A DNA stretch of 64,000 nt from Octopus sinensis (lineage: Eukaryota), in assembly GCF_006345805.1 (NCBI RefSeq), contig NC_043005.1, forward strand, positions 36,704,001-36,768,000. The letters run 5' to 3'. Within the stretch, counting starts at the first letter, position 1. Every line of letters begins with the position of its first letter. The notes under the pieces were generated by a model. The model ran no database searches. It was not told the DNA's origin and saw only the letters and a list, made by a program, of their open reading frames with translations. The translations under genes and the position numbers were made by a program. Positions 1-13,840 of this stretch are shown here, one piece after another.

Positions 1-235
1 ACCTGGACAAACAAGCAAAGCCATTTTCCCTGCCTCCGGATTTCCTCATGTAGCGAAAAACCACCGGAAATCCCATCCTCGGGACCATGGTTTCCCTGCA
101 AGAACCCAATGTCTGCAGGATTTGTGTCCTGATGTTCTTTGAGTTAGCTTTTATCTGCATCTGTTTGGTTCAGTAACATTCTAAGTAGCTTTTTACAAGG
201 CTTTGCCCATGCGGGTGTATATATATTATATATAT

Positions 236-438
236 TACTTTTTACTTACTTGTTTCAGTCATTTGACTGCGGCCATGCTGGAGCACCGCCTTTAGTCGAG
301 CAAATCGACCCCGGGACTTATTCTTTGTAAGCCCAGTACTTATTCTATCGGTCTCTTTTGCCTAACCGCTAAGTTACGGGGACGTAAATACACCAGCATC
401 GGTTGTCAAGCATTGCTAGGGGGACAAACACACACACC

Positions 439-481
<43 letters not shown>

Positions 482-569
482 GACAGGCTTCTTTCAGTTT
501 CCGTCTACCAAATCCACTCACAAGGCATTGGTCGGCCCGGGGCTATAGCAGAAGACACTTGCCCAAGAT
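236..569 (-). mobile_element. tRNA-derived SINE family A, copy lacking the tRNA head
   Basis: Near-identical to 37250-37585 (TACTTGTTTCAGTCATTTGACTGCGGCCATGCTGGAGCAC...GAAGACACTTGCCCAAGA). Carries the internal (CA)n/(TA)n tract and is cut off by a (TA)n run before the head. Confidence 0.9.
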
Positions 570-1232
570 ATATATATATAGACGTACATTATTTATAGCA
601 AACGTTGGAGAGCAAATGCAACACGTGCACTCACACAAACATACATACACGCACACATACACACGCGCGCGCACACACACACATGCATACACATATGCAT
701 ATATGTATAAATATATATACATATATATATTTGAAAGCTTGCAAGTTGAAAACATTCCCACGGCTTTACTCTGAGTTTCGTTCGAAAAGCGGAAACAAGA
801 AAGTCCGTCTTTGATGATTCTGTCTCCCTATGTATAATGCAATCCCTCATCTTTCTGTATTGAGTTCAGTTTTTCCCTTCTTCACAGTATCTCCTTATAT
901 ACTTAAACAAATGCAAAGACACACACACACACACATACACATACATGCATATACATTTATGCCATATATATATATATGTTTATATATATATAAACACATA
1001 TATATTTATACACATATAAATATATATATGTATATGTATTATTTTGCGCATATTTGTGCAGCTGTTTATATGAGTGCGTGTGCCAGACAGTCTTTAAGTG
1101 AAAGTAGTTATAGCTGTGTCTATGTTTGAGTAATGTGTATGTGTCAATACCTGAATCTGTATGTATTTGTATGAGCGAAGAAATCCACAACTGAGCGCTC
1201 ACGGACACACACAAACACACGCACACACATAC

Positions 1233-1277
<45 letters not shown>

Positions 1278-1719
1278 TGTATACATGACTACAGTCTACG
1301 TATTGTTTTTATGCGTGTCAGCGAAAGAAAACAGCCAATCACATAAATACATACAAAGTCATGTGATACGCTTCTTCAGAAACGAACTACGTGACGTCAA
1401 CAAAACAGCGGAACAGAGAATAACGAAGACCCGCAATACATTCACCATACTCCTTAATCACATTCATACATACATACGTGTAAGTGTGTATATATATATA
1501 TATATATATATATTGTATGTTTGTATGTATATGTATGTATATCAAAAACTAAGTATATAATTTATTAAATAACTTCAAAATGAATGAATGTAAATGGAGA
1601 CGTTTCTATAACTTAGGTAGTTTTGATTTTGTTTCTCCTTCTATAATTACCTACAAACTTATATGCATACCACAAACACACATATATTTATATATCACAT
1701 TACATACATCTATATACAT

Positions 1720-1836
1720 ACATATTATATATATATAATATACATAATATACATATATATATATATATATACATATATATACATATATATATAATATATA
1801 TAATATACATATATATAATATATATACATATATATA

Positions 1837-1914
<78 letters not shown>

Positions 1915-1917
1915 ATG
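1720..1917. repeat. (TA)n microsatellite/low-complexity tract, representative of many (e.g. 19600-19840, 21420-21530, 50150-50365, 51653-51780, 54470-54870)
   Basis: Read directly from the sequence. Confidence 0.97.
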
Positions 1918-2060
1918 TAAAAAAAAGACATTAAGTATTTAGAAAGCCGTAAGGAAAACAAGAAATAAATATAGATGTTTTTCCTTTTTTTCAACAAATC
2001 ATGCTTGAAGGAACAGCTTACTATTCATTTCATTGTGTGTGTATGTGTGTGTGAGTGTGT

Positions 2061-2103
<43 letters not shown>

Positions 2104-3044
2104 AAAGATACCTCTTTAAACATAAAGAACAGGATGTTAATATTTCAAATCATGAAATAAAAAAGAAAGGAAAAAAAAACAAATAAATTCTAGACGACGC
2201 CATTAATAAAATATGAAGTAAAAAGAGCTAAATTATAAATGACAGCATAGATTCTTTCAGTCAATAGCAAAACATCGTATGTTGCAGACACGACTTATTA
2301 TTGACGCATGCGTAACAAAGGGTCAAACGATTATTCTTCAGACTTGCAAGAGCAGCTACTTGCACAATGAGATAGATTTAATCATTAATTATTAAGTTTT
2401 TAATGTAATTATATACCATCTCATAGGCTGGATGAAGAGCACCAGAACTAATTCTTGCCTGCAATATAAATACAGCCTACTGGCTCTGTGGTTCAAATCA
2501 CACATTTATATTGACCTCAATTATCGTTTTTGTAACTTGTTTCTGGTATTCCTCAGATACACCTAAAGAAGGAATGCGGTTTCAAATTTTATAATAAAGA
2601 GCTATTGTATTTCCCGGCGTATAAAATGCACTTCTCAACTTATTTTATCTTATTTTAAAGAATGAAAAACATTTTGCATTTAATGCGTTCGTACCACGGA
2701 TGTGAGGCTGTGTGTTGTAGGTGAGTGAGCCGGATAAACACAAGCCTATTAGGCACAATCATTTTACTACTAAGATATTGAAAGAAACTAAAATTATCAC
2801 AGTGTGTTAGCACAAATTAACGAAAAAGTACGCCTGCAGTTAGGGAAGGTCACATCATCTCATAATTTCTTCCCTAGCACACACCTGATACGTGTCTTAC
2901 ATGAGTTCCTTTTAAGAAGCATTTTTATATTACCTAAATGAAATTTCTAGGAACAGGTATGTTATACTGTTCTCTGCCAATTAGCTGCTCGCGATAGGAG
3001 GATGACAACAAAATCATAGCCATAGTGAGCCATCCCAATGGCCG

Positions 3045-3806
3045 ATCTAGGGTACACAAAACTCTCGATTGATGATCTGGGTGTCGAATTATTGATGCAC
3101 AATTCCGCGGATGTCGAAAAATAAACGAATTGCATGCTATTGAGCTGCAGCTTTGTCGTGCCTTCTTCAGTCGTGGAGATGAAGTGTTCTTCCATAGTAA
3201 CGACTGCTTTTTCGTCTCAAGGTCGTACCCGTAGACTCAACACTCATCGCCGGTGTTGATTCTCGACATGAAAGATCAGTGGTCAGCAGGCGGGGGACAA
3301 ACTTGACGACAATGACATACGGCATGTCCAATTCAGACGTTAGGATTGCCTGCAAGGACCTATACGACAGACTAACAACATGGGAAATGTCGTTGTTTGT
3401 CCTCCAGCGGATTACTTTCCTTCACATTTCCGGTGGTGACGCTCGTGCAAGTCTTCCAGATCGTCTTCCAGAGACGTTCTTCCGCTTTTGAAGCACCCGT
3501 GCCACTTGAAACATTGTGTACAAACCATTGCCTCGCCCTTCTAAGCATGCTCAATATCTAATGAGGCAAACGTATCAAGTTTGAAGCAAAATTTCGCGTT
3601 GGCTCCTTGTTCCAACTTCCTGTCGATGAGAAAATCGCAGACTACAGCAAGCACGTGATCACAAAAACATAAATTTCGCTACTTGCGAAGTAAACATAGC
3701 AAGATCACTTTCCACATTGCCTCATAAAGGTCTTTGCTAGTTTCACTGCGCGTACAACCTTGTGCTGCTACAATGACTAGTTCAGGAACATTTTGATACT
3801 ACCTCG
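3045..3806 (-). mobile_element. Decayed mariner transposon (5' TIR plus N-terminal/central transposase)
   Basis: The minus strand starts CGAGGTAGTATCAAAATGTTCCTGAACT, a mariner-like TIR. Translated fragments read LEQGANAKFCFKL, ILTSELDM..KFVPRLLT, TGDEC*VYGYDLETK, KKARQS and FDIRGIVH, with stops and frameshifts. Confidence 0.88.
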
Positions 3807-4992
3807 TTTCTGGTTAAAGACGTTCCAGCCAGGATCAACCAGGTATTTTTCAAGCTTAACGTACTTTGGGTTACATTATCCTGTGTCCTTCACTTTCGAA
3901 GGAAATAGAGCATGGTGAAACAATTATTTGAGTTGGCAGGGGGTGGCAAAATACTGCAAAACTATACCTTCTTTGTAGATGTTGGTGTTTTAATTTTTAT
4001 ACGAGATTCGTCTAATAATTCTCGCTTAGTTATTCACAGCATACACACAGACATATATGAACAAACCCAAACACACACATCCACACACTCGCAAACACAC
4101 GCATGCACGCACACGTGTATACCCAACACACACATCCATATATATCACAACACAGATATACATGTGTGACCCTACGAAGTGGTCTCTATACAGTCATTCG
4201 TTCTGCTAGAAATAAGGGTCAAATCCCCATTAAATCACACTGTTCCTTCCAGAAATTTAAATTGCATCACAGAGAGCTGGATATACACACTATTCCTGAA
4301 TACAAGATAGCTTCCTCGTTATTATAAACGCTGATTCTGCATCTGTGAAAGACGAGTTGACCCAAGCTAAAACACATACATCCTAGGTGCTTGTTCCTCT
4401 CCCCATAATATACATACTTCCATGTGCGTGTATATGTGTGTGCATGAGCATGCGAGTATCTATGGGATGAGCTACGCATATATGTGGGTGTATGTGTGTG
4501 CATGTATGTGTATATGTGTTTGTGCGCTTGTGCATACCTGTACATGTGTGTGCATGCCTGTATGCATGCTCGCATGTGCATGTGTGCGTGAGAAAGAGAG
4601 AGAAAGGGAGAAAGAGAGATGAGAGAGAGAGGAGCGAGAGAGAAGAGAGAGACAGAGAGAGAAGAGAGAGACAGTCAGAGAGATACAGAGAGAGAGAGAG
4701 AGAGATACAGAGGAAGTCTTGTGAAAGCCAGCACAAGATCGTTATGCATATCTGCCATTTCATCTGAGTATCCAATATCCTTGGAAACGATATCGTAAGT
4801 CTTGATTTGCAATGTTCCGTTTGCCTTACATTCACAACTATATAGACTGAAGGCCTTGTTAAATATGAAACAAATACGTATAAACATGATACGTCTGTCT
4901 ACTTGGGTGAGCTGTTAGAATAATAAAAGTCAACAGAGAAATACAACTAACATGTCATCTGATATTTGATTAATGGTTGTTCCAGTCGCTGT

Positions 4993-5186
4993 CAGTGGCG
5001 CATGGTGGTTGTTGTATTGGGTGTGTTACCACACCCAGTATCATCAAGTTTCAAGTAGGGGTATAACAAAAGTTTTCCATTAAGATTTGTGATTAAATTA
5101 ATGGGCAAGGTTAATACTTGTAATGAATTTACCATTTTCGATGGGTGTGCAGCGCACAAGTAGCACACCCGGAATATACACCCCTG
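4993..5186. mobile_element. hAT-type MITE
   Basis: Ends CAGTGGCGCA / TACACCCCTG form an imperfect TIR. Flanked by 8-bp GTCGCTGT (4985-4992) and GTCACTGT (5187-5194), a 7/8 match. Confidence 0.7.
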
Positions 5187-5227
5187 GTCACTGTCTACTT
5201 GTAAAATGAAGTATCTTCTATAGTCTT

Positions 5228-5437
5228 CTTAACTTGTTTCCCTCACTGGACTATGGACAATCTGTGGCACCGCCTTGAAGGGTTTTAAGTCGAAGAAATC
5301 GAACCTTAGTATTAATATTTTTAAAGTTTGTTACTTGTTCTTTCGGCCTTTGTTGCCAGACATCCATTTTACGTGGAGGTAAACAAAGCAACACTGTGAA
5401 ACAAATACACATATACATTGCATGTGTGTGTGCGTGC

Positions 5438-5474
<37 letters not shown>

Positions 5475-5505
5475 CGTGCGTGGTGTGTGTGTGTGTGTGT
5501 GTGTG

Positions 5506-5543
<38 letters not shown>

Positions 5544-5730
5544 CACTGCTTGACAATCGGTTTTGGTTTGTGTGTTCCTGTAACTTAGCATTTCAGCAAA
5601 ATGAAACCGACAGGATAAGTATCTGATTTAACAAGAGACACAAGTACTGGAGTCGACTCGTTGAACTAAAGTGTTCAAGAAGGTGCCCAACATGGCCGCC
5701 GTCCAATGAATGAAACAAGTAAAAGAAACA
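5228..5730. mobile_element. Two diverged family A SINE 3' halves in opposite orientation (about 5228-5400 minus, 5545-5730 plus) around a (TG)n tract
   Basis: ACTTGTTTC...GCACCGCCTTGAAG on the left; GCTTGACAATCGG...CATGGCCGCCGTCCAATGAATGAAACAAGTAAAAGA on the right. Confidence 0.7.
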
Positions 5731-6275
5731 CTGCAAAAAGAAAAAAAAATGGCAAACTCAAACTGGCAAACTCAAAAGTCAGTTACTAAATTCTGCACAT
5801 TAATAAAATGTAAATCAGTTAATTTATTCGAAGTGCGAAGCTGAATAATGAAGAACCAAAAGTTATGTACAAAATGAATCGTACTTGATATCATCAAATA
5901 TTCATTAGGAAATACGATTTGTTTCAATTTACCTAATTTCCTTCGAAACGTAATTTTTAACAAACAGTGTATTGGATTTTATGTTGTTTCGCGTTTCTCT
6001 GTTTAAATGAACAATCTGAGGTCAAGTTTTCCTTCCATCCTGGTAGTTCAACACAATAAGTACCAGTCATATACGGTGACGGATAGCAATTTAATTGATA
6101 GTCACTTTCTTCCTACGCAATGTGGGGCAATGTATGTATCTCAATCATATATTAATAGTTTAAGGAAACGAACCAGGGTAAAGATCATATAACAGTGTTT
6201 GGGGGTCACGTGAATAAAAAATGGTGGCATTGAAATAATATATGAAATCATAATCAATATTCTTATTATTGCTAA

Positions 6276-6870
6276 AGCGGCGAGCTAGCAGGATCATTTG
6301 CACGTCGGGGAAAATGCTTAGCAGTATTTTGTCCGTCTTTACGTTCCGAGTTCAAATTCAGCTGGGTCTACTTTGCCTTCCACCCTTTCTGGAGTCGATG
6401 TAATCGAGTTACTCCGTCTCCAGGACTTACTGGCCTTGTGCCAAAATTTGAAATCTCTATTCTTATTATTGTTAAAGCGATGAGCTGTCAGAGACGACGG
6501 CATGTAGGGGAAAATGCTTAGCAGTATTTCGTCCGTTTTTATATTCAGAGTTCAAATTCCGCCGAGGTCGACTTTGCCTTCGGGATCGATAAAATAACTA
6601 CGAATTGTACTCTGAGGTCGATTAAATCGACTGATCCCCTTCCCCGAAATAGCTGGCCTTATGAAATCAATATTCTTATGACAGATGGCATAATCTTCAG
6701 CGCGTCGGACAAACTGGCAAACGGTATTTCTTCTGGATTTTTGCGTTCTAAGTTCAGACTCTGCCGTAGTCAAATTTCCCTTTACTCCTATTTTCGAGGG
6801 TCAGTAAAATAACTACTAGTTGTGTACTGAAGTCGATGTAATAGGACTAGCCCCCTTGTACCTATAACAG
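6276..6870 (+). mobile_element. Three consecutive tRNA-derived SINE family B copies (about 6276-6460, 6476-6675, 6680-6870)
   Basis: Each is a variant of GGCGAGCTGGCAGAA...AAATGCTTAGC.GTATTTCGTC...GAGTTCAAATTC (B box)...GTCGACTTTGCC. The array is followed by (TTA)n. Confidence 0.85.
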
Positions 6871-6875
6871 ATAGG

Positions 6876-6924
<49 letters not shown>

Positions 6925-6999
6925 TATTATTATTATTATTATTATTATCATTATTATTATTATCATATATGCGTTCTAAGATATGTGTGTGTGTGTTGA

Positions 7000-7039
<40 letters not shown>

Positions 7040-7259
7040 GTGTGTGTGTGTGTGTGTGAAAAACGGAGAAGGAAAAGAGTTGAATGAATGCAATTTACAG
7101 TTTACTCTAGTTTGTTGTTCTCCTCTGGACAAAATCTTAAAATTCTGCATATGTTTTACGTTGGTTTTGGGAATTTGCAGAATTCTGCTGTACTGCACAA
7201 TTGGTTTTCGTTAGGTTTCGACACTTGATTTTCTAATTATAAGGACAATTTTATTCTGA

Positions 7260-7625
7260 AGTTTTGGGGGTATGTTTCCTACAAGTGTGGGCACATTTCT
7301 TCTTCTGCTGCAGTTTGCGATTTTAAGGGCACTTATACTGTTTCATATTACTTTTATTTTATATTTTAAAATCTCCCAAAGATTCTACAACGATGGAAAC
7401 TACTTCAATATCCATGATTAGCTATCTTTAACTTTGTTTTACTTTTTGGAAATGGTTGTATTTAGATGAATTTTCTTCCTCAATGCCAGTCATGTGTTTG
7501 TGAACACGACATATTGATCGCTAAGTATCTTTCATTTCTATAGCTTTCTAATCGTTGGCATTACAATCATCAGTCTCCGACAAAAGCATTCACTGATTCG
7601 AATATAAAATCCAGTATCATTTCGT
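7260..7625 (-). mobile_element. Very old fragment of the endonuclease domain of an RLE non-LTR retrotransposon (R4/Dong-like)
   Basis: Frameshifted fragments W-DFYIRISECFCRRLMIV, LAINMSC, EEENSSKY, IEVVSIVVESLG and LQQK..AH..RK occur in the order expected for WDF..RRPDIV..D..EK..KY..PIVIGALG..QK..GTAHILRK. Confidence 0.4.
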
Positions 7626-7996
7626 GTCGGAGCACGTATATTCTGAGTTCAAACTCTGTAGATATCATCTACGTGTTTCATCTACCAGGGTCGATAAGAT
7701 AAATTATTAGTCAAATAAAAGGGCCGACTTGATCGATACTGTCCTTTCTCTCAATATTGGTCTTTGTGCTAAACTCAAACATCATTATGTTGTATATCTT
7801 CAAAACAAAACAATATTCTGTATTCATATGAAGTACCTTGTCCAACAATATACAGCAGGGTTATTACAAATAAAAACTGAAACGCAGAAACCTCATAAAA
7901 TCCAATTTTTCCATAGCCTCTATACCATGTCAGATTGTATTAGGAGTGTAATCCTACGTTGAGCAAAGGTGGTGATCTAATGGAATATCTGGAATA

Positions 7997-8037
<41 letters not shown>

Positions 8038-8591
8038 GAAATATATTATGATCTTTCATAAAAGCAGGTCTGACACAAAATAGAATATTTATTGTTGTGC
8101 TAGTGTCAGAAATTGCAATCATAAGCACCACAGCCCTCATCACACTTATCTATATTATTGTTTACTTTGTCATCATCCTTGTTTTCGCATCAGCATCAGC
8201 ATCGTTAAAAGCGTATAGCCCCTTCGATCGAATGGCAAGAAAAGTCGAACTACAAACGTCGTGCACGTACCGTTTAGTTTTAAGTTCAAAACCTATAGGA
8301 ACAAGACTACAACAACTTCTACCATTGCGCAGTCTATAAATATCTACTGCTGTGATGATGCATTGTAATCAAATCAATGACTTGAGTTATGTTACACATC
8401 TGTCGGCATCTGGTAAAATAAAAAATAAAAAAACAAAGCAAACAAACATTGCTTAAGTGAGGGAATTACATGAAACAACTATTGTGCGGAACCGAACGTC
8501 ATTAGAAGAGGTTGTAAGGCCTTATGAGATGAAAAACATATACAAAGACACACACAAACGGGCACGCATATACTTATACATACATATATAT

Positions 8592-8628
<37 letters not shown>

Positions 8629-8917
8629 AAATTCACCAAAGAAAGTGCTCCATCTGGTGAATTGTTTATTGTGACCTTTAAATAAATAATATTCGTGTAT
8701 GTGTATAAACAATACCGACCACACATATTCAATGCATGTGCTATGCTTATTCACCGGTAGGCTGCGTTATAGCGCGGTGGGGATGACTCCCTCAATGCGC
8801 CGGGTTTTAAATGACGTGAGAGTCATAGACAATGTCCACACACACACAAACACACACACACACTCACTCACACATACACATATATACCATATATTCATAT
8901 ATATATCCATGGATGTA

Positions 8918-9778
8918 CAGGGTGCTGCGAATACATTGTCGTCGAAATTACGTAAATATGAACATAGGACTGATATCTCATTTTAATAGATATATTTACC
9001 AAAATTACATGAAAATATTTTGAAATACTAAAGAGTAAATTCATTCAATAAAATCATCATTGACTTCAACAGAAATTCCTGCAACTCTTCTGGACGGTCT
9101 CCTTGTTTAAGTTAGTGAATGCTGCCATAATCCTTGCCTTCAGTTCACATTTGGTATTACAGAGAGTTTAGTTGGTCTCTCGCCCAACTACGCCCCACAC
9201 ATAATAATCAGGCGGGTGGAAGTCTGGGGGAGTTAGATGGTAAGATGTTAGGGATGATGTGGTTGCAGAAATCGTCTGACAATCATGACTAGGCTCTTCT
9301 GCTTGTGTGACATGGTGCACAGTCCTGTTGCCAGACATAGGGTCTCCCAGCAGCCACCCTCTTGACCCAGAGCAGCACTACCTCCTGCAGGCACTTGATG
9401 TAGGCCTCCGTTTCGAGTGTGAGGCCATGTGGGAAGATGAATAGAGGCATAACGTTGCAATCACTTGCGATCACTCCAAACACCACGATGTTGACTCGAT
9501 GTTTGATTACCAATCTCGGTACATGTTGTCACATTGCGCTATCCTCAGATAGACACCGAAACACTCTGAAATATTGGTATTGGCGCTTCCGGCGCGAATG
9601 TCATGCAGTACAGCATGTCGTTTTTAAATTTCTGGTAGAGTGAATTAAATCATGGTGCTATTTTCTTCACAGACGGTGCGCAACTGACCCTACTATACTG
9701 TGTAGTCGACGAAATCAAAAGCAAACAATACGCTTGAGCAAAAATATAAAAAGGCGACAATTTACCCATCGCACGCTA
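8918..9778 (-). mobile_element. Internally deleted Tc1/mariner element, DD37D (maT-like)
   Basis: Degenerate TIRs CAGGGTGCTGCGAATACATTGTCG / CGACAATTTACCCATCGCACGCTA with TA on both sides. Transposase reads VFGVIASD..VMPLFIFP..YVWQQDCAPCHTS..NSPDFHPPDYYVWG, giving 37 residues between the last two catalytic D after correcting one 1-bp insertion. Confidence 0.88.
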
Positions 9779-9779
9779 T

Positions 9780-9864
<85 letters not shown>

Positions 9865-10020
9865 GGGAGCCTCCTTTCATTTTCTGTCTATGATATTCAC
9901 TTCACAAAGAATTGGGTCAATCCGAGACTATAGCAGAAAACAGTTGCCCACGATGCCACGCTGTGAAACTGAACCCGAAACCGTGTAGCTGTAAGACGAA
10001 ATTTTTAACTACACGCCCAT
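9865..10020 (-). mobile_element. Diverged SINE family A 5' half
   Basis: CTATAGCAGAAAACAGTTGCCCACGATGCCACG..ACTGAACCCGAAACC matches 37555-37620. Confidence 0.75.
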
Positions 10021-11689
10021 AAGTACGCTTATGTCTTAAGCATACACTTATGCATGCAGCTACAATTAATTTATAATCTTCTATTGAATCTATTTGCACA
10101 CACTTACACACAAAATATGTATAGGCATATTGCTATTCATAGATACAAAAATAATATACTTACGTACATACAAACGTACATATATATACATACATACATA
10201 CATACATACATACATACATACATACATACATACATGCGTACGTACATACATACATACACACACGCACACGTATGTATGAATTGCTTATTTGAATAATACC
10301 AGTTTGCGCATGTTACAATCTCCACCCACATAACTAAACAATAGGTATCAGATCGACATCGTCCTCCATTTTCTCTTCACAAAGGAGTATTCACCTCGAA
10401 ATATAAAGTAAAGTGAAAACTGTTGTTCTACCTTTCTTCTGTTTTCACTCCGTTATTTCAATTTGCATTGTATTGGCTTTTAAACAATTGAAAACTTGAC
10501 GTGTGTTTATGTATGTACCTACGTATATATGTAATGTATGTATGTATGCATGCATATATGTATGTATATATGTCTATGTATGTGTGTATGTGTATTTATG
10601 TATATATGCATTTATGAAATACAGAGAGAAATTCCAATCAGGTTATCGTCCTAATCCACCGCAAAAATGAACTCAATGTAACAGCGTAAGAATTCTTGAT
10701 GTTTACTGCCTTCCCGAGGGTAATATACACGAAGTCGGTGTGTGAGAGTGTGTGTGTGTAGTTATGTATACTCAACCACATATATTAACGTATGGTTGCA
10801 TGTGTATGGTAAAAGAAAATGATGCATATAACTTTAGGTTGTTTGTATATTGTATCCGACATATTCTGTACTTAAAGTTCTTTGTCTTTTCTTTTCCCTG
10901 TGGCAAATAAAGAAATCTTCATCACCATCCTTTCCGTCATCAACATCTTCATCTTTTAATCATCTTAATGTTAGTTTCTTATTGTTGTTCTTGATGCTGG
11001 TGGTTTTGTTGTTGTCGTTGTTGTCGTCATCGATGTTGATTTCTGCTGTTATCGTAGGTGGCGTTTACCTGTCGGCTAAGTCCCTTAAATCGATTTAGAT
11101 TACAAATTTTGACTGCTTCATTCAAGTCACTAACGCCCCCTGGCGAATGTATAACTGTTTATGATTGCAATTGGCTATAGTCGACCAAATGAAGACGTTC
11201 TGTCTATAAACAATGACTCCATTTTGGTTCATTTCTTAACTTTTGTTTTTATTACGTTTTATTTATCTTTGGTGCCTTTTGTGGCTAGAAATTACAAGGA
11301 AAATATTTATTATAGAACTCTGGAAATATAAATATTAATGTTTTATAATATAGAAAACATGTCTACTATATATTCATCATTTTCACGTTCTTACTGTCAT
11401 TGGTATCTCCGTCTGTCTGTTTATCTTTCTCTGCGTCTGTCTGCCTCTCTCTCTCTCTCTCTCCTCTCTCTCTCACTCTCTCTCACTCTCTCTCTCACTC
11501 TCTCTTTGTCTCTTACCATTTTTTTATGTTCAATTTTCTCTTTTACAACAACTTGTTTATTACGTACTTGCATCGATTTAAATTATTCTCCCCGACGTAC
11601 GGAACTATGGGCCCTTGGTTTAGTTTGTAACTTCTTCTGACAAGTAACAACAACAACAACAACAGCAACAAGAATAATAATAAAACCAT

Positions 11690-12115
11690 ATAATAAAAAT
11701 CATTAAAAAACAAAAATGTAGAAGCTATAACTGGATCCTCAGCACTACACACTGTCCAAAAATAGCCCTGCTAGGAACAGCCCACATCCTGCGCAAGACT
11801 ATCAATCCAATAATACAACCTAAACAAATACAAGACACACTCTATATAGCATTTACCCAGTGAAATAAACTCCCACCAGCAATCCAGAAAATCAAAGCAT
11901 TACACATTCAACAAACACTACAAGCAGTAACACAACAAAAGACAGCACTATACCTCAAGGAAAAAAAAGCTAACACAATACAGTACCGGGAAGAGTTTGC
12001 ACACCCTCAACAGAAAAAAAGAACATACAATGCTGCACACGCCTCAGCAACTCGTAGGTTTAGCAGGTGATGTAGCAGAAATTTGACTCAATCAACCAAA
12101 TATTGAACAGTTATA
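11690..12115 (+). mobile_element. 3' end of an R4/Dong-like RLE LINE plus probable 3' UTR
   Basis: Encodes QKIALLGTAHILRKT at about 11757-11800, the typical RLE C-terminal motif. Starts right after an (AAC/AAT)n tract. Confidence 0.7.
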
Positions 12116-12134
12116 TTGTAACAATAATTATTAA

Positions 12135-12357
12135 TACTTTCTAATATAGGCACCAGGGCTGACATTTTATAGGAGGGGCTAGTCCAATAACATCGATCCC
12201 AATGCTCAATTGGTGCTTCTCTTAACAACCCCCGAGAAGGGTGAGGTGAAAGGCAAAGTCGACCTCGGAGGAATTTGAACTCAGCACGTAAAGACGGACG
12301 AAATGCCGGTAAGAATTTTTCCCTGTGTGCAAAAGATTCTGCCAGTTCACCGCCTTA
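12135..12357 (-). mobile_element. SINE family B
   Basis: AAAGGCAAAGTCGACCTCGGAGGAATTTGAACTCAG...GATTCTGCCAGTTCACCGCCTT is the reverse complement of the family B head. Confidence 0.88.
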
Positions 12358-12681
12358 ACAGCAAAAACAATAGCAATGACAACAATACCAACAAGTGTGT
12401 AAGCAGCTTATATGTATTGTTGATAGGGTAACGCTGCTGGCTTCTGTGTGCTTTTTAATTCCTGAGAAACGGTGATTAAACCGTGAAACAGCCCGTCGTA
12501 TGACTCCTTTTCTCTTTTTCACACATGAGCGTTACGCAAAGAACAGGTTTATTTAGTTTTAAATAATATCTAAATTTCTCTTTTTGTCATTTACACTGTG
12601 CTGTGCATGAATAGGTATTGTGGTATTATTCAATTACTAGCCCTGCTTTAAAATCACAAATACACATTGGATAGAAGAGTT

Positions 12682-12718
<37 letters not shown>

Positions 12719-13178
12719 ACACGCACGCACATACACACCCAACACACGCAACACTCACAACACACTCTTGTTCTTTCGGTGCCAGGTTTCCTACTGCTGA
12801 TGATTCGCAATACGGCGAAATAACGTGATACAGTAGCGGTATCTGCCACTGCTGACGAAATTCAATCAACCGATAGAATTTCGACAGAATTTTCACACCG
12901 CAGTCCACAGCGTTATAAACAACGCATTCTGGTTTAGTTGGATGTTCTAGTTAATACTTTGTCCGCGTCTTTTTTTTATTTGACTGCCTGTGTGGCAGCC
13001 TGTCCCTTTATGTGTCTCCGTCATGTTTTACCTTCTTTTCTCGTTTTGATTTTCCTCATTTTTGCTTAGCTTTCTTTCTTTCTTTCTTTCTTACTTTCTC
13101 ACCCCTTCACTTTATTCTACGTACTATTTCTTAATCTATATATCTATCTATTTATCTATATGTCTGTCTTTCTTTCTC

Positions 13179-13212
<34 letters not shown>

Positions 13213-13213
13213 G

Positions 13214-13269
<56 letters not shown>

Positions 13270-13704
13270 AAACAAACTCATTCTCTCTCTCTCTTTCCCT
13301 CTGTATTTCTTTCTGTCTTACATCCTATCCATTCTTACAAATTAGACAATACGAATACGAACAATCTTCTTCACCATCACCAAAACCACCCCGCCAACCC
13401 ACCACCACAATTATAACAACTATCTTCAACAGTACCTCCATTTTTAATTTTGACCATAACACCTGCATGCGATATCTCTCTCGTATCTGATTAACGAGGC
13501 TCCACTGCTATAATGACTGAGTAATTACAGAAAGAAATGTATTTCTTGTCTCTTAACTATCAGATACTTGTTATTCTCTGAAAACTTTAACATTTCCCAA
13601 CATGAATTCATGGCTGTATAACCTTTCGACGACGACGATGATGATGATATATTCATAAAACCATACATGGTGGTCGTAGTAGAAGTAATAGTATCAACAG
13701 CAAG

Positions 13705-13840
13705 TAGTAGAAGAAGAAGAAGAAGAAGAAGAAGAAGAAGAGAAGAAGAAGAAGAAAAACAACAACACAACAACAACAACACAACAACAACAGCAGCAGC
13801 AATATCATCATCATCAACAACAACGGCAACAACAATAATA
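13705..13840. repeat. Compound (GAA)n/(CAA)n/(CAG)n/(CAT)n microsatellite
   Basis: Read directly from the sequence. Confidence 0.95.

Noticed and set aside
1-215. Complex sequence at the window edge
   Set aside because: No recognisable motif in the frames I translated, and truncated by the boundary, so left unassigned.
2606-2910. pogo/Tc2-like TIR start (GTATTTCCCGGCGTATAA)
   Set aside because: The matching right TIR is too degenerate to define an element.
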